A DNA stretch of 64,000 nt from Bryobacterales bacterium. Its GTDB lineage: Bacteria; Acidobacteriota; Terriglobia; Bryobacterales; UBA6623. A program made the position numbers and the translations under genes. Position 1 is the stretch's first letter; the number at the start of each line of letters is the position of its first letter. The stretch covers positions 16,832-80,831 of the forward strand of contig CBDBHI010000056.1 in NCBI GenBank assembly GCA_965205595.1. The letters run 5' to 3'. This document shows, one piece after another, positions 1 through 9,800 of the stretch. Below the pieces are notes generated by a model. That model worked only from the letters and a program-made list of their open reading frames with translations. It was not told where the DNA came from and searched no databases.

Positions 1-1575
1 GAGAAATAAATCAAGCGAGCCGTCGTTGTCGAGATCGACGAAATCGGCTCCCCAGCCCCACCGGCCCATTGTCACGCCGGCTTCGTCGCTGACATCGGCA
101 AAGGTGCCGTCGCCGTTATTGCGAAACAGCGAGTTCCCGCGCGCTTGACGCTGGAATTTTCGGCGCACGTCGTCCGAGTCCACAACGTCAGCGAATTGAT
201 CCGCGAACGTTAGCCGCTGGCCTGCCGACGACCACATGTTTGCGACGTACAAATCAAGATCGCCGTCGTTGTCATAGTCGCCCCAAGCCGCCGACATCCC
301 AGCCGCCAAATCCTCAACGCCGGCTTCTGCCGCAACGTCGTTAAAGGTGCCATCACCGTTGTTGCGATAGAGATTATTTCGGCCGAAATCATTGGCGACA
401 TAGAGGTCCGGATCGCCATCATCGTCGTAATCGCCCCAGGCCGGCGAAAAACTAAATCGATCGTTGTTCGCCATCAACCCGGCCGCTTCGGTGATTTCTT
501 CAAACGTCCCGTCGCCTCGGTTGCGAAACAGCAAATTCGGAGGACCATTCGTTGCGTCGTAGTACGGGGTGGGCGATGCATAGTCCGACCCCGCCTGCCA
601 AAAATCGTACGAGCAAACGTAAAGGTCGAGGTCGCCGTCGAGGTCGTAGTCCGCTAGCGCCGCCCCGGTGAACATTCCGCCGCGATCAGGGGGCGGGCGC
701 AAGCCGGCCTCGCGATCAATCGCAAATTCACCTCCACCGGCGTTACGAAAGAGCATCGGCTCTGAGCTAATCAAGATCAAATCTTGGTCGGAATCGTTAT
801 CCACATCAGCGAATAAACTCATCGAAGTATCGTCAAGCACCGCCAATCCGTCAGGCGTAGCGTCGCTAAAGGTGCCATCGCCGTTGTTGATATACAGCCG
901 ATTCGGCAACCCGGCCGGCTGACTGATATAGATGTCCTCCCAGCCGTCACCGTCCGCGTCGCCCACCGAAATACCCTGATGGCCGTAGACTGACACGCCA
1001 ATCGCGGCGTCAAGCCGCGCGCGCCAGTAGTCGGTATCGTTCGAAAGCTGGACATTGAATGACGGAATACTCCCAAAGGTCTCGTCAGTAATCTCCGTAA
1101 AGTGAAACTGGCCCGCGCGTACCTCGCGTAGGCCTTCGACGGTGGCCGAGTCGAGCGCCCAATCCTCGCCCAAAGCCGCCCACGCCATCTCGATTGGACC
1201 TAGCAGCGAAAGCAACCCAGCGGATGTGCGACCGCCCAACTCCAAGCGAACGTCGGCGACCGCCGAAGCGTCGACGCGGCGGATGCCAACGATCTTGAAC
1301 TCGGCCAGACTGATCGAATCGAAACGGGCCGTGGTTTCAAGAAGAAAACGGGGCGGAACTTCTCCGGCGACAATCGCCTTGGAGATCGCCTTGAGCTTCG
1401 CGTCGATGGACTGAAAGTCGCGCTCGCCGATCCACTCGTCTTGGTCGGCATCGACCTTCTGTAGAACCCGATCGATCGAGCGCTCGGCTTCGAATGCCGC
1501 ATCGACGCTGTACTCGGGCGCTTGCGCGCTCAAGGCCACCGTGCACAACACTAAGACCGTAGCCGACCGATACAT
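1..1575 (-). CDS. FG-GAP/VCBS-repeat secreted protein (CRTAC1 / ASPIC-UnbV type); 3' end lies outside the window
   Basis: The minus-strand frame is open from ATG 1573-1575 to the window edge; it is absent from the ORF track because it has no stop. I translated the whole stretch by hand and found no stops. N-terminus MYRSATVLVLCTVALSAQA looks like a signal peptide. Repeated LFRNNGDGTF..V...AG and WGDYDNDGDLDLYV motifs are typical of FG-GAP/VCBS repeats. Confidence 0.8.
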   Translation of the reverse strand, partial: MYRSATVLVLCTVALSAQAPEYSVDAAFEAERSIDRVLQKVDADQDEWIGERDFQSIDAKLKAISKAIVAGEVPPRFLLETTARFDSISLAEFKIVGIRRVDASAVADVRLELGGRTSAGLLSLLGPIEMAWAALGEDWALDSATVEGLREVRAGQFHFTEITDETFGSIPSFNVQLSNDTDYWRARLDAAIGVSVYGHQGISVGDADGDGWEDIYISQPAGLPNRLYINNGDGTFSDATPDGLAVLDDTSMSLFADVDNDSDQDLILISSEPMLFRNAGGGEFAIDREAGLRPPPDRGGMFTGAALADYDLDGDLDLYVCSYDFWQAGSDYASPTPYYDATNGPPNLLFRNRGDGTFEEITEAAGLMANNDRFSFSPAWGDYDDDGDPDLYVANDFGRNNLYRNNGDGTFNDVAAEAGVEDLAAGMSAAWGDYDNDGDLDLYVANMWSSAGQRLTFADQFADVVDSDDVRRKFQRQARGNSLFRNNGDGTFADVSDEAGVTMGRWGWGADFVDLDNDGSLDLFL

Positions 1576-1625
1576 CAGCACTTCGCAGTATCGCAACTTG
1601 CCGCGCTAGGCCTAGTTTTCCTCCG

Positions 1626-1976
1626 TTACTCCGCATCCCCCAAAAACCGGTTTGGCTTCTGAAAAAACGCAAGCACCAGCGCCCCGTCAGGACAGCGAAC
1701 CGAGTGGCGGCTGCCGGCGGGCCGCCAAACGAAATTCCCCGCCGTCACCTCGCCCTCGTCGTCAACCATTCTCCCCTCAATCACATAGCTCTGCTCGATC
1801 GCGGTGTGCTCGTGAAGCGGCAGCGATGCGCCCGGCTGTAGCCGAACCAACGCTGTCAGCAGCCCTGACGACGGCTCTTCAAATAGAATTTTCATCTCGA
1901 CCCCGGAGTGCTCGGTCGGCGTCCACGGGACTCCATCAACCTGCACGTAGCGAGACCGTAGATCGTCGTCACTCAT
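1626..1976 (-). CDS. cupin-domain protein (ChrR-like cupin)
   Basis: 116-aa ORF with the cupin core LPLHEHTAIEQSYVIEGRM...WRPAGSRHS. It lies immediately upstream of, and is co-oriented with, the FG-GAP gene. Confidence 0.7.
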   Translation of the reverse strand: MSDDDLRSRYVQVDGVPWTPTEHSGVEMKILFEEPSSGLLTALVRLQPGASLPLHEHTAIEQSYVIEGRMVDDEGEVTAGNFVWRPAGSRHSVRCPDGALVLAFFQKPNRFLGDAE

Positions 1977-2118
1977 TTGCTGATTCCTCCACTTCGGCGG
2001 CGTTTATGCACTTCGAAACAAGTACCGACGTACTATTTTCAACCGGCCAGTCTTCTGAGATCATTGACCCGGAGCGCAGCCGGTAACCTCCGAGAACCCG
2101 CTCGCTTTCGCACCGATC

Positions 2119-4299
2119 ATGTCGCGCCCCGCAATCGCAATCTTAACCGTAGTGCTGTCCCTCTCACTGGCGGCGACATTCGCCACGGCTCAGCAGTACG
2201 ACACATCGATGGCCTGGCCGCTATGCGGGCGCATCGACGAAGCTCCGCCGGCAGGCTGGGTTGAAACCGACGGTTGCCCTGCCGAGCGCTGGGGCAACGC
2301 GGGCTTTACCGACGAGCCCATCGCGTCGCCCTACGGCCCGCGGCCGTTGGCATCTGAGAATGGTCGCTACGACTTCCACCGCGGCATCGACATCGCAACG
2401 GATTCAATGACGCCGGTATTCGCAATTGCAGACGGCGTGGTCCGAATCGCCGGCAGTCACCCAAGCTATTCCGACCCACTGGTCCAACTGCGTCACTTCC
2501 GCCCCGGCGAAGTCGGTTGCGGCACAGTCGGCTGCTACCACAGCAACTACATGCACCTAACGCAAGCGGTGGTGGTTGTCGACGTGAGCGTTAGCAAGGG
2601 CGACCTGATCGGCTACAGCGGAGCCAGCGCCAGCGGCTTCGAGCACCTGCACTTCGAGATCCGTGACGCGCCGGGCTTCGACCCATTCAGCAGTTGGCAG
2701 CGTGACTGCGTCCACCCGGTGGGCGTTCTGCCCTATTCGAGCGCGACCGTCCCAGACATCATTTTTGAAACGGTTGACACTTCCGACCCCGCCAATCCGC
2801 AAGTCCGCCTCAAGGTTCTTGCAGACCGCATCGACATCGTGCGCGTCGACCTCGAGCTATTCGATTCCGGCGGCGGTTCCATCCCCCAGGCGGGCAATAC
2901 GCCCAATGCCAACGGATACAACGAAGAGCCTTCGTGGTTCGGGATGAACGCTTGGAATGCCCAGTACACTCACAAAGATTCAAGCAGCATTCCATGGGAG
3001 AGTTTCGGCCCCGGCGGTACGTACGAATGTCCGTACAACTCTGAACACGGCGGCAGCTACAGCGCTCACGTCCATATGGACCGGCAACTCGCTTCAGACC
3101 CCAAGGTCGGCGATTTCAACGGGGCGGAAATTCGGCCCGTCGCCTATTCCGAGGGCAACTACACTCTCGACGTCACCTTTAAGCAACTTGTCGGACCAGC
3201 GGCTTGCATCGTAGCGACGGTCCAACACGCCTCTGGTGGGACGTCAACCGCCGAGTGGGGAACCTGCTCACCTTCCGGCGGCTTTAACGATTTCACAGCG
3301 ACCAGCGAGTTGCTATCGGGTGGCACACAGCAAGGCGACTATACCGACACGTCCGACCAAAACGAAGGCGCGGTCGAAGTGCTTACCGAGCGTCAAAGTG
3401 GCGGCAAGCCCCGGAACCGCTACAGCTTCTTAGACCACGAATGGACTGTCGATATCGGAGCAGGTGGAGGCACCGCGACGCTTTGGATCGACGCCTACAC
3501 ATCGCAATCCACCGATGGTGATACGTTCGAGCTCAGCGCGACAGGAGCAAGTGGAGTCGTAACTCTCGACCGGACGAGCGACACCGACGGCTACCAGACG
3601 CTCACGCTGCCGGCGGGCGCGAGCGGGCTGATCACAGTCGGATTAAGCGATACGGACCAAACGCCAGGAGCCAAAGCTCTCGACTCGGTAACGGTCGACC
3701 ACCTGTTTATCCGCGTCGAAGACCCCGGCGAATTGATGCTGCCGAACGCGCCCACCAACGCAAACGCCAACGCACTCTCAGCTAGCAACGTCGAACTTAC
3801 GTGGGATCACTCGGGCGACGATGAGTCTGGCTTTAAAGTCGAACGTCAAACGCAGAACCCTGATCTAAGCTGGGGCAGCTGGCAACAGGTTGGCACGGCG
3901 GCTGTGGACGCAGTGTCTTTCACCGATAGCAGCCTTTCGTCACAGCAGACACTTCGTTATCGCGTCGCCGCGACGAACGCCGCCAGCGACTCCGACTGGG
4001 CTGATTCGAACGAAGTCACTACGCCGCTCGGCCTCAGCGCGGCAGCTTCCGGCCACAAGTCTAAGGGCTGGCAGTATGTCAACGTGTCTTGGTCCGGCGC
4101 TCCGCTCGGCAACGTGGACATCTGGCGTAGCGACAACGGCGGGAGCGCCCAACTCATTGCGACGGTTCCGGCCGGAGTCTCCGGCAGTGGAAGTCATGAA
4201 GACGGCCCGATCGCCAAGGGCTCCGCGACCTACGACTACCAAGTCTGCGTCGAGGGTGACGCCGGCATCTGCTCGAACGTCGCTTCGGTCGTTTTCTGA
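2119..4299 (+). CDS. secreted M23-family metallopeptidase with C-terminal fibronectin type III domain
   Basis: Signal peptide MSRPAIAILTVVLSLSLAATFATAQ. M23 zinc motifs HRGIDIA and HLHFEIR. FN3-like segment NVELTWDHSGDDESGFKVERQ...LRYRVAATN. Confidence 0.8.
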   Translation: MSRPAIAILTVVLSLSLAATFATAQQYDTSMAWPLCGRIDEAPPAGWVETDGCPAERWGNAGFTDEPIASPYGPRPLASENGRYDFHRGIDIATDSMTPVFAIADGVVRIAGSHPSYSDPLVQLRHFRPGEVGCGTVGCYHSNYMHLTQAVVVVDVSVSKGDLIGYSGASASGFEHLHFEIRDAPGFDPFSSWQRDCVHPVGVLPYSSATVPDIIFETVDTSDPANPQVRLKVLADRIDIVRVDLELFDSGGGSIPQAGNTPNANGYNEEPSWFGMNAWNAQYTHKDSSSIPWESFGPGGTYECPYNSEHGGSYSAHVHMDRQLASDPKVGDFNGAEIRPVAYSEGNYTLDVTFKQLVGPAACIVATVQHASGGTSTAEWGTCSPSGGFNDFTATSELLSGGTQQGDYTDTSDQNEGAVEVLTERQSGGKPRNRYSFLDHEWTVDIGAGGGTATLWIDAYTSQSTDGDTFELSATGASGVVTLDRTSDTDGYQTLTLPAGASGLITVGLSDTDQTPGAKALDSVTVDHLFIRVEDPGELMLPNAPTNANANALSASNVELTWDHSGDDESGFKVERQTQNPDLSWGSWQQVGTAAVDAVSFTDSSLSSQQTLRYRVAATNAASDSDWADSNEVTTPLGLSAAASGHKSKGWQYVNVSWSGAPLGNVDIWRSDNGGSAQLIATVPAGVSGSGSHEDGPIAKGSATYDYQVCVEGDAGICSNVASVVF

Positions 4300-4433
4300 T
4301 CAAGCGATAGGTTGAAAACTCAGATTCGCCTCGGAGCGAGCGCGGCAGTCGGCCAGCCATTTGTCGATCGACAAATCAACGTCTATCGAAAGCATAGGAA
4401 TTGCAAAAAAGTTCCTTAGGAGCGACGCACGTG

Positions 4434-5246
4434 CTAAGGCTGGGACTTCAGGCCACTCGAGCCCATCGCCGAGGGAAACAAGCGGCTGAAGTTTTCTGTC
4501 GTCCGCGCGGCAATCTCTTCGAAGGTTGTATCCGTGACCTCAGCCAGCTTCTTTGCAGTTTCAACCACAAACCGGGGTTCGTTGCGCCGAACCTTTCGAA
4601 ACGGCGCGGGCGTCAGATAGGGCGAGTCGGTCTCGACCAACACGCGCTCAAGCGGAACACCCTGAGCCGTTTCGCGCAACTCGTCCGAGCGGCCGAAGGT
4701 CAGAATTCCTGCGAACGAAATATAGAACCCCATGTCGAGACTCCGCTTCGCTTGTTCGGCGTTGCCCGAAAAGCAATGCATGATGCCGCCAAGCCCTCTC
4801 GCGCTCCAGTATTCGGCGAGCAGCGCCAGAGTGTCGTCCCACGCATCGCGTGTGTGGATGATGATCGGTTTTTTTTGGTGAGCAGCGATCTCCATTTGAT
4901 CTATGAATGCGCGCTTTTGGATGTCGCGCGGCGAGTTGTCGTAGTGATAGTCGAGGCCGATTTCGCCGAAGCCGACGACCTTCGGGTGGCCGCAAAGATT
5001 CGTCAACTCGTCGGCCGCCGCCGAGTCGAACTTCGCCGCGTCGTGTGGATGCACGCCGACGCTTGCGGACACATTGTTATAGGCATCGGCAAGCCGAATG
5101 GCGCACGAGAGATCCGGGGGGCCATCGCCGGTACCGATTGCGAGAAAGTGGCCGACTCCAGCCTCACGCGCCTCCGAAATTACTGCGTCGCGATCCGCGT
5201 CGAACGCTCGCCCGTCGAGGTGGCAGTGTGAGTCGACTAGCCGCAT
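4434..5246 (-). CDS. tatD: TatD-family metal-dependent hydrolase (YcfH/YabD type)
   Basis: N-terminus MRLVDSHCHLD, then IGEIGLDYHY, IIHTRDAWDD and ETDSPYL motifs; 270 aa. It sits downstream of metG, as in many bacteria. Confidence 0.9.
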   Translation of the reverse strand: MRLVDSHCHLDGRAFDADRDAVISEAREAGVGHFLAIGTGDGPPDLSCAIRLADAYNNVSASVGVHPHDAAKFDSAAADELTNLCGHPKVVGFGEIGLDYHYDNSPRDIQKRAFIDQMEIAAHQKKPIIIHTRDAWDDTLALLAEYWSARGLGGIMHCFSGNAEQAKRSLDMGFYISFAGILTFGRSDELRETAQGVPLERVLVETDSPYLTPAPFRKVRRNEPRFVVETAKKLAEVTDTTFEEIAARTTENFSRLFPSAMGSSGLKSQP

Positions 5247-5420
5247 TTCTCACCACGTGGCGATCGAAAGTGCGTGAGAGGTGCGTCAATACGAGGCGGG
5301 CGACAGTCGGCGCGCGGAGGCGTACTTGACGGTCCGTCGAGCACGACGACCGAGCGCAACGAAGTATTGGCGTGCCTCTCGCGTGCTTTCGCCGTCAGGT
5401 GGTGAGAAATGCGGGTTAGC
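5237..5420. repeat. 184-bp long-hairpin repeat element, copy 1 (MITE-like or structured RNA)
   Basis: Termini CTAGCCGCATTTCTCACC ... GGTGAGAAATGCGGGTTAGC are inverted repeats, and the arms pair for about 55 nt. A second full copy lies at 18308-18495 and an end fragment at 58377-58401. The small ORFs 5237..5422(-) and 18309..18500(-) only reflect this DNA-level similarity. Confidence 0.75.
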
Positions 5421-5428
5421 ACCGGCCG

Positions 5429-7399
5429 TTAGCTCAAGCGGGCGCCGGTCGGCGCATCCTCCAAGAAGCCGGCCAGATACGGCTGGCCGTGATCGATGGA
5501 CGCCGCGATCACCATTCCTTGCGAAATCCGCCCCATCATCTTTCGGGGCGCCAGATTTGCAACGATCGCGACCTTGCGTCCGACCAACTCTTGGGGGTCG
5601 TACGCGCCCGCGATCCCGGCCAAAATCGAGCGCGGCTCGGCTTCGCCGATATCGACGGTTAACGCCAACAGCTTTTTCGACTTCTCGACCTTTTCCGCCG
5701 TCACTACTATACCCACGCGCATATCGACTTTGACGAAATCGTCGAACGCAATCTCGGGGGTATCGATCGTAATCGTCTCGGGCTCTGCAGGCTCGGCTTC
5801 GGCCGGCTTGCCTAGAATTCCGGCCTGATCTTTGAGTGCTTGTTGCTCTAGCTCTTCCATCTGTTTCACCGACTTCTCGACATCGAGTCGAGGGAAAATT
5901 GCTTCCTGATCACCGAGCTTGATGCCCGGCCTGAGTCCGCCCCAGCGCAGCTCGTGCAACTGGAAGTCCCGCAGTGAGGAGCTTTCTCCGAGCATCGCCC
6001 AGACTTTTTCGGAAGCCTGGGGCAACACTGGGTGGACCAATGCCGCTCCAATCCGCAGTACCTCGCCCGAGTTGTAGAGCGTCGCGGCCAGTTGCCTCTT
6101 TGACGCCTCGTCCTCGGCCTTCGCCAAAACCCAGGGTTTGTTTTCAACGATGTATTTGTCCACGCCCGCCAGCATCGCCCAAATTGCTTCCAGCGCCCGC
6201 GAGAATTCGAAATTCTCATAGTGAGCCACGACCTTGTCGATGGTCGCAACAGCGAGAGCTTCTAGGCCGCCATCGTCGCCACCTCCGGCCTCGGGCACAA
6301 CACCGCCATAGAACTTCGCGACCATCGCCGCCGTGCGGCTGGCCAGATTGCCGATGCCATTCGCGAGATCGGAGTTGTAGCGCCGAACCAGAGCATCGAG
6401 CGAAAAATTGCCGTCTTGTCCGAAGACAATTTCGCGCAGCAGGTAGTAGCGAAGACCTTCGATGCCGACAACTTCGTCGATTGGACGCGCCCGCACGATG
6501 TTGCCTTTCGACTTCGACATCTTGTCGCCTTGGAAGATCAGCCAACCGTGCGCCCAAACCTGCTTCGGCAGCGGCAATCCAGCCGCCATCAAGAATGCCG
6601 GCCAATAAACCGAGTGAAATCGAACAATTTCCTTGCCGACCATGTGAACGTCGGCAGGCCACAGCCGTTCCCACTGCTTACGCTCGTCGCCCTCTTCGCC
6701 GTAGCCAATCGCGCTCATATATGTTGTCAGCGCATCAAACCAGACGTAGAAAACATGCGCCGGATCGTTCGGTAGCGGGATGCCCCACTTCAGCGTTGAG
6801 CGGCTGATCGAGAGATCTTTCAGGCCGCCGCGAACAAACGACAGAACTTCATTGCGCCGCGAATCAGGCTGGATAAACTTGGGCTGCGACTCGTAAAGAT
6901 CAATCAGCTTGTCTTGATACTCCGACAACTTGAAGAAGTAGTTCTCTTCAGTCACGGTCGTGATCATCGCCGGGTCGGCCTGCTCAGCCTCTTCGTCGGT
7001 GACGAATGCCTCATCGCCGATGTGATACTTGCCGGTGTAGGAATCTTTGTAGATTGCGCCGTTTTCGAGGCACCGCAAGAAAATTTCCTTGACAGCCTTG
7101 GCGTGTTTCGGGTCGGTCGTTCGGCGATAGAAATCGTACTCCAGTCCGAGTGCATCCCACTCAGAGCGGAACGCGGCCGAGACGCGATCGGTAAATTCCC
7201 GTGGGCTCCAACCCGCCGCTTGCGCCGATCTTTCAACCTTCTGGCCGTGCTCGTCGGTTCCGGTCGTCAGATAAACTTCGTCGCCCATCATGCGCCGAAA
7301 ACGCTTGATGGTATCGGTCACGATCGTCGTGTAAGCGTGGCCGATGTGAGGCGTCGCGTTGACGTAGTAGATCGGCGTCGTTAGATAGTACTTGCCCAT
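5429..7399 (-). CDS. metG: methionine--tRNA ligase with C-terminal tRNA-binding (EMAP/Trbp111-like) domain
   Basis: MGKYYLTTPIYYVNATPHIGH (HIGH motif), KMSKSKGN (KMSKS motif), and C-terminal VKVDMRVGIVVTAEKVEKSKKLLALTVDIGE. I place the start at ATG 7397-7399 (MGKYYL) rather than the upstream 7501 of the ORF track. Confidence 0.93.
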   Translation of the reverse strand: MGKYYLTTPIYYVNATPHIGHAYTTIVTDTIKRFRRMMGDEVYLTTGTDEHGQKVERSAQAAGWSPREFTDRVSAAFRSEWDALGLEYDFYRRTTDPKHAKAVKEIFLRCLENGAIYKDSYTGKYHIGDEAFVTDEEAEQADPAMITTVTEENYFFKLSEYQDKLIDLYESQPKFIQPDSRRNEVLSFVRGGLKDLSISRSTLKWGIPLPNDPAHVFYVWFDALTTYMSAIGYGEEGDERKQWERLWPADVHMVGKEIVRFHSVYWPAFLMAAGLPLPKQVWAHGWLIFQGDKMSKSKGNIVRARPIDEVVGIEGLRYYLLREIVFGQDGNFSLDALVRRYNSDLANGIGNLASRTAAMVAKFYGGVVPEAGGGDDGGLEALAVATIDKVVAHYENFEFSRALEAIWAMLAGVDKYIVENKPWVLAKAEDEASKRQLAATLYNSGEVLRIGAALVHPVLPQASEKVWAMLGESSSLRDFQLHELRWGGLRPGIKLGDQEAIFPRLDVEKSVKQMEELEQQALKDQAGILGKPAEAEPAEPETITIDTPEIAFDDFVKVDMRVGIVVTAEKVEKSKKLLALTVDIGEAEPRSILAGIAGAYDPQELVGRKVAIVANLAPRKMMGRISQGMVIAASIDHGQPYLAGFLEDAPTGARLS

Positions 7400-7562
7400 G
7401 GCCCAATCTTTAAGTGTCTCGCATCGAGCCAACGTCTCGCTGTCGTCTAATCGTTTCGCCGACCCAGGCGGCAGAGCCGCGGACGAGAAGTCCGCGATCA
7501 TCGCGATTGCTCATTAACGCGGGCTCGCCGACCGCGGTTCTACAACTACCGGTTCTCGCGTC

Positions 7563-8738
7563 TTAGCGCCCGTCGCGCTTCAAGTATTCGAAATTTGCCG
7601 CTTGCCAAACTTCCTTGAACGGGATACCCTTCTCGCGGGCAATGCGGCGGCAGTCTTCATACTCCGGTGCAAAATTCCGCGTCGCCCCATTCGAGGTTGA
7701 CACTTTCATTCGCACCATTCCGTACGCCGTCGGGACGTCCTCTACTCGCCGTTCGAGTACGCGCCGCCGCGCTGAGTATTCGCGAATCCCGATCGTCGTG
7801 CTCTCGGCGAAAATCAGGTCTCCCAATCGAACCCGGTCAGCCGGATCAGCCAAAACGGTCAGCGTAAAACCGGGCCGGTCTTTCTTCATAAACACGGGAG
7901 TCAACGTCACATCGAGAGCCCCGGCCTCAAGCAGGCGTTCGCGAATGTAGCCCGCCAGCTCGGGGGACATATCGTCAATGTTGGCTTCGATCACGTGGAT
8001 CTCGGTCGCTTCCTTAACATCCGCCGTCTCGCCAATCAAGACACGCAGCAAATTGGCGCGGCCCTTAAAATCGCGATCCCCCGCTCCGTAGCCCGATGAT
8101 TCGATCCGCATCGCCGGCAGCGCGCCGAACGACTCGGCCAGAGTGACCGCGATCGCGGCCCCCGTCGGAGTCGTCAGCTCAACGGCCGGACCGTCAGCGT
8201 AAGTCGGCACCCCTTCGACGAGCCGGGCCGTGGCCGGTGCCGGGACAGGCATCACGCCGTGTGCAGCCTCGACCGTCCCACTACCGAGGTTGATTGGCGA
8301 ACAAACAATTCGCTCGATCCCCAGCGCCTCAATGCCGATCGCCGCGCCAACGATATCGACAATCGCGTCGAGCGCCCCCACCTCGTGAAAGTGAACTTTT
8401 TCGATCGGAACGTCATGCGCCAGCGCCTCGACCTCTCCCAACCGCCGAAAAATCTTGCGCGCCGTGGATTTCACAGCATCGGCCAACTCACTCTCATTGA
8501 TAATTTTTTCGATCGTCGACAGTGAGCGGTGGTGATGGTCGTGAGCTACCTTGACGGAAACATTTGTTCCGGCCAAACCGCCACGTTTTGCCTTCTCGGC
8601 GTGTAGCTCAACGCCCTCGAGGTTCAGTTTCGACAGCTCCGACCGCAACAGCTCGACGTCTAGCCCGGCATCGATCAGCGCGCCAAGTAGCATATCCCCG
8701 GCGATACCGGAAAAGCAGTCGAGATAACAAATCTTCAT
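7563..8738 (-). CDS. larC: nickel-pincer cofactor biosynthesis / nickel insertion protein LarC (DUF111)
   Basis: N-terminus MKICYLDCFSGIAGDMLLGALIDAGL and HFHEVGALDAIVDIVG are characteristic of LarC; 391 aa. Confidence 0.88.
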   Translation of the reverse strand: MKICYLDCFSGIAGDMLLGALIDAGLDVELLRSELSKLNLEGVELHAEKAKRGGLAGTNVSVKVAHDHHHRSLSTIEKIINESELADAVKSTARKIFRRLGEVEALAHDVPIEKVHFHEVGALDAIVDIVGAAIGIEALGIERIVCSPINLGSGTVEAAHGVMPVPAPATARLVEGVPTYADGPAVELTTPTGAAIAVTLAESFGALPAMRIESSGYGAGDRDFKGRANLLRVLIGETADVKEATEIHVIEANIDDMSPELAGYIRERLLEAGALDVTLTPVFMKKDRPGFTLTVLADPADRVRLGDLIFAESTTIGIREYSARRRVLERRVEDVPTAYGMVRMKVSTSNGATRNFAPEYEDCRRIAREKGIPFKEVWQAANFEYLKRDGR

Positions 8739-8809
8739 CGAAGGTCTCGCGCAGCCGCGCGCGCCTACATCATTGATAATAATATGGTTGTCCGTAGGGC
8801 CGTGGGTAG

Positions 8810-9715
8810 CTACGCCGACCGCACTAGTTTCAAGGCTCCTAGCTCTTCCCCGACAAGCTCCAAAAAGGCCTCCGCCGCCTGCGAAAGCTTGCGCTTCATC
8901 GGGTAAACCAACCGGATCTTGCGCTCCATTGCAAGTTCTTTCACGGTCACCTCTTTTAGTGAACCGTTCTTAATTTCCTGCTCTACGCACATCTTCGGCA
9001 GGAACGCCACGCCCAAATTTCGCTGGACCAGCCGCCGAATGGTCTCGATCGTCGGCATCTCAACCGCCATATTCAACGGGACGTCGTAGGTACGGAACGT
9101 TTCGATAACGCGCGCGCGATACGGAGATACGACGTTGTGCGCGATAAACGTTTCCTCGCCAAGTTCCCTAATACTTACCTTTCGCCGCCGCGCCAAGCTG
9201 TGCTTTGGCGAAACGACGAACGTCAAGCTATCGTTGTAAAGCTCAAATATCGCCAGGTTGGGATCTTTCGGGTCGTAGCTTATCGCGCCAAGTTCAATCG
9301 AACCCTCAACAACGGCTTCGGGAATTTCGCTTGAAAGACTTCTCCGCAGCTCAACCGAAATTCCGGGGTGGTGTCTGCGGAAAGCTTCGAGATGCTCCAG
9401 CAGATAGAGCGCCGTCGACTCGTTCGCCCCAATCGTTAATTTGCCCGCCTCGAGGTCGCGAAGTTCCGTCAGCGCCCGGCGGAGCTGTTTTTCCACCCCA
9501 TCAAAGCGCTTGGCGAACACGAGCACTACCGTGCCGGCGTCCGTCAAGACCAACGTCCGCGACGAACGATCAATCAACTGCACTCCGAGATCGGTCTCAA
9601 GCCGCTTAAGAGCCAACGAAATAGCGGGCTGCGTCCGAAAGAGCTTTTGAGCCGCGCGCGAGAAACTGCCTTCCTCGGCGACGACTTGGAACGTTTGCAG
9701 CAGCGAGACATCCAT
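8810..9715 (-). CDS. LysR-family transcriptional regulator
   Basis: N-terminal wHTH LQTFQVVAEEGSFSRAAQKLFRTQPAISLALKRLE followed by a LysR substrate-binding fold length (301 aa). Divergent from the LeuA-type gene. Confidence 0.85.
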   Translation of the reverse strand: MDVSLLQTFQVVAEEGSFSRAAQKLFRTQPAISLALKRLETDLGVQLIDRSSRTLVLTDAGTVVLVFAKRFDGVEKQLRRALTELRDLEAGKLTIGANESTALYLLEHLEAFRRHHPGISVELRRSLSSEIPEAVVEGSIELGAISYDPKDPNLAIFELYNDSLTFVVSPKHSLARRRKVSIRELGEETFIAHNVVSPYRARVIETFRTYDVPLNMAVEMPTIETIRRLVQRNLGVAFLPKMCVEQEIKNGSLKEVTVKELAMERKIRLVYPMKRKLSQAAEAFLELVGEELGALKLVRSA

Positions 9716-9724
9716 ATGTTTATG

Positions 9725-9746
9725 TTATCGAATCTAGAAATATAAT
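9725..9746. promoter_or_regulatory. candidate LysR box / -10 element in the divergent spacer
   Basis: AT-rich spacer in a GC-rich genome. The dyad TTAT-N13-ATAA (9725-9745) loosely resembles a LysR T-N11-A box. A perfect TATAAT lies at 9741-9746, 55 nt upstream of ATG 9801. Nothing here is experimentally anchored. Confidence 0.25.
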
Positions 9747-9800
9747 AAATTTGCTTTATTTCCCTAACTCGGGTGTACTGGACGAAAGAGGTCCCTTCCC

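Noticed and set aside
4401-5231. 276-aa plus-strand ORF
   Set aside because: It is antisense to the TatD-family gene, which has unmistakable motifs in the opposite frame.
7400-7501. N-terminal extensions of metG (to 7501), of the IS110 recombinase (to 42158), of the ctp gene (to 39966) and of the ThDP enzyme (to 53274)
   Set aside because: In each case a downstream ATG gives the canonical family N-terminus or signal peptide (MGKYYL..., MHFIGLDVHKK, MKTNRRWLY..., MATGSTP...). The extensions look non-protein-like.
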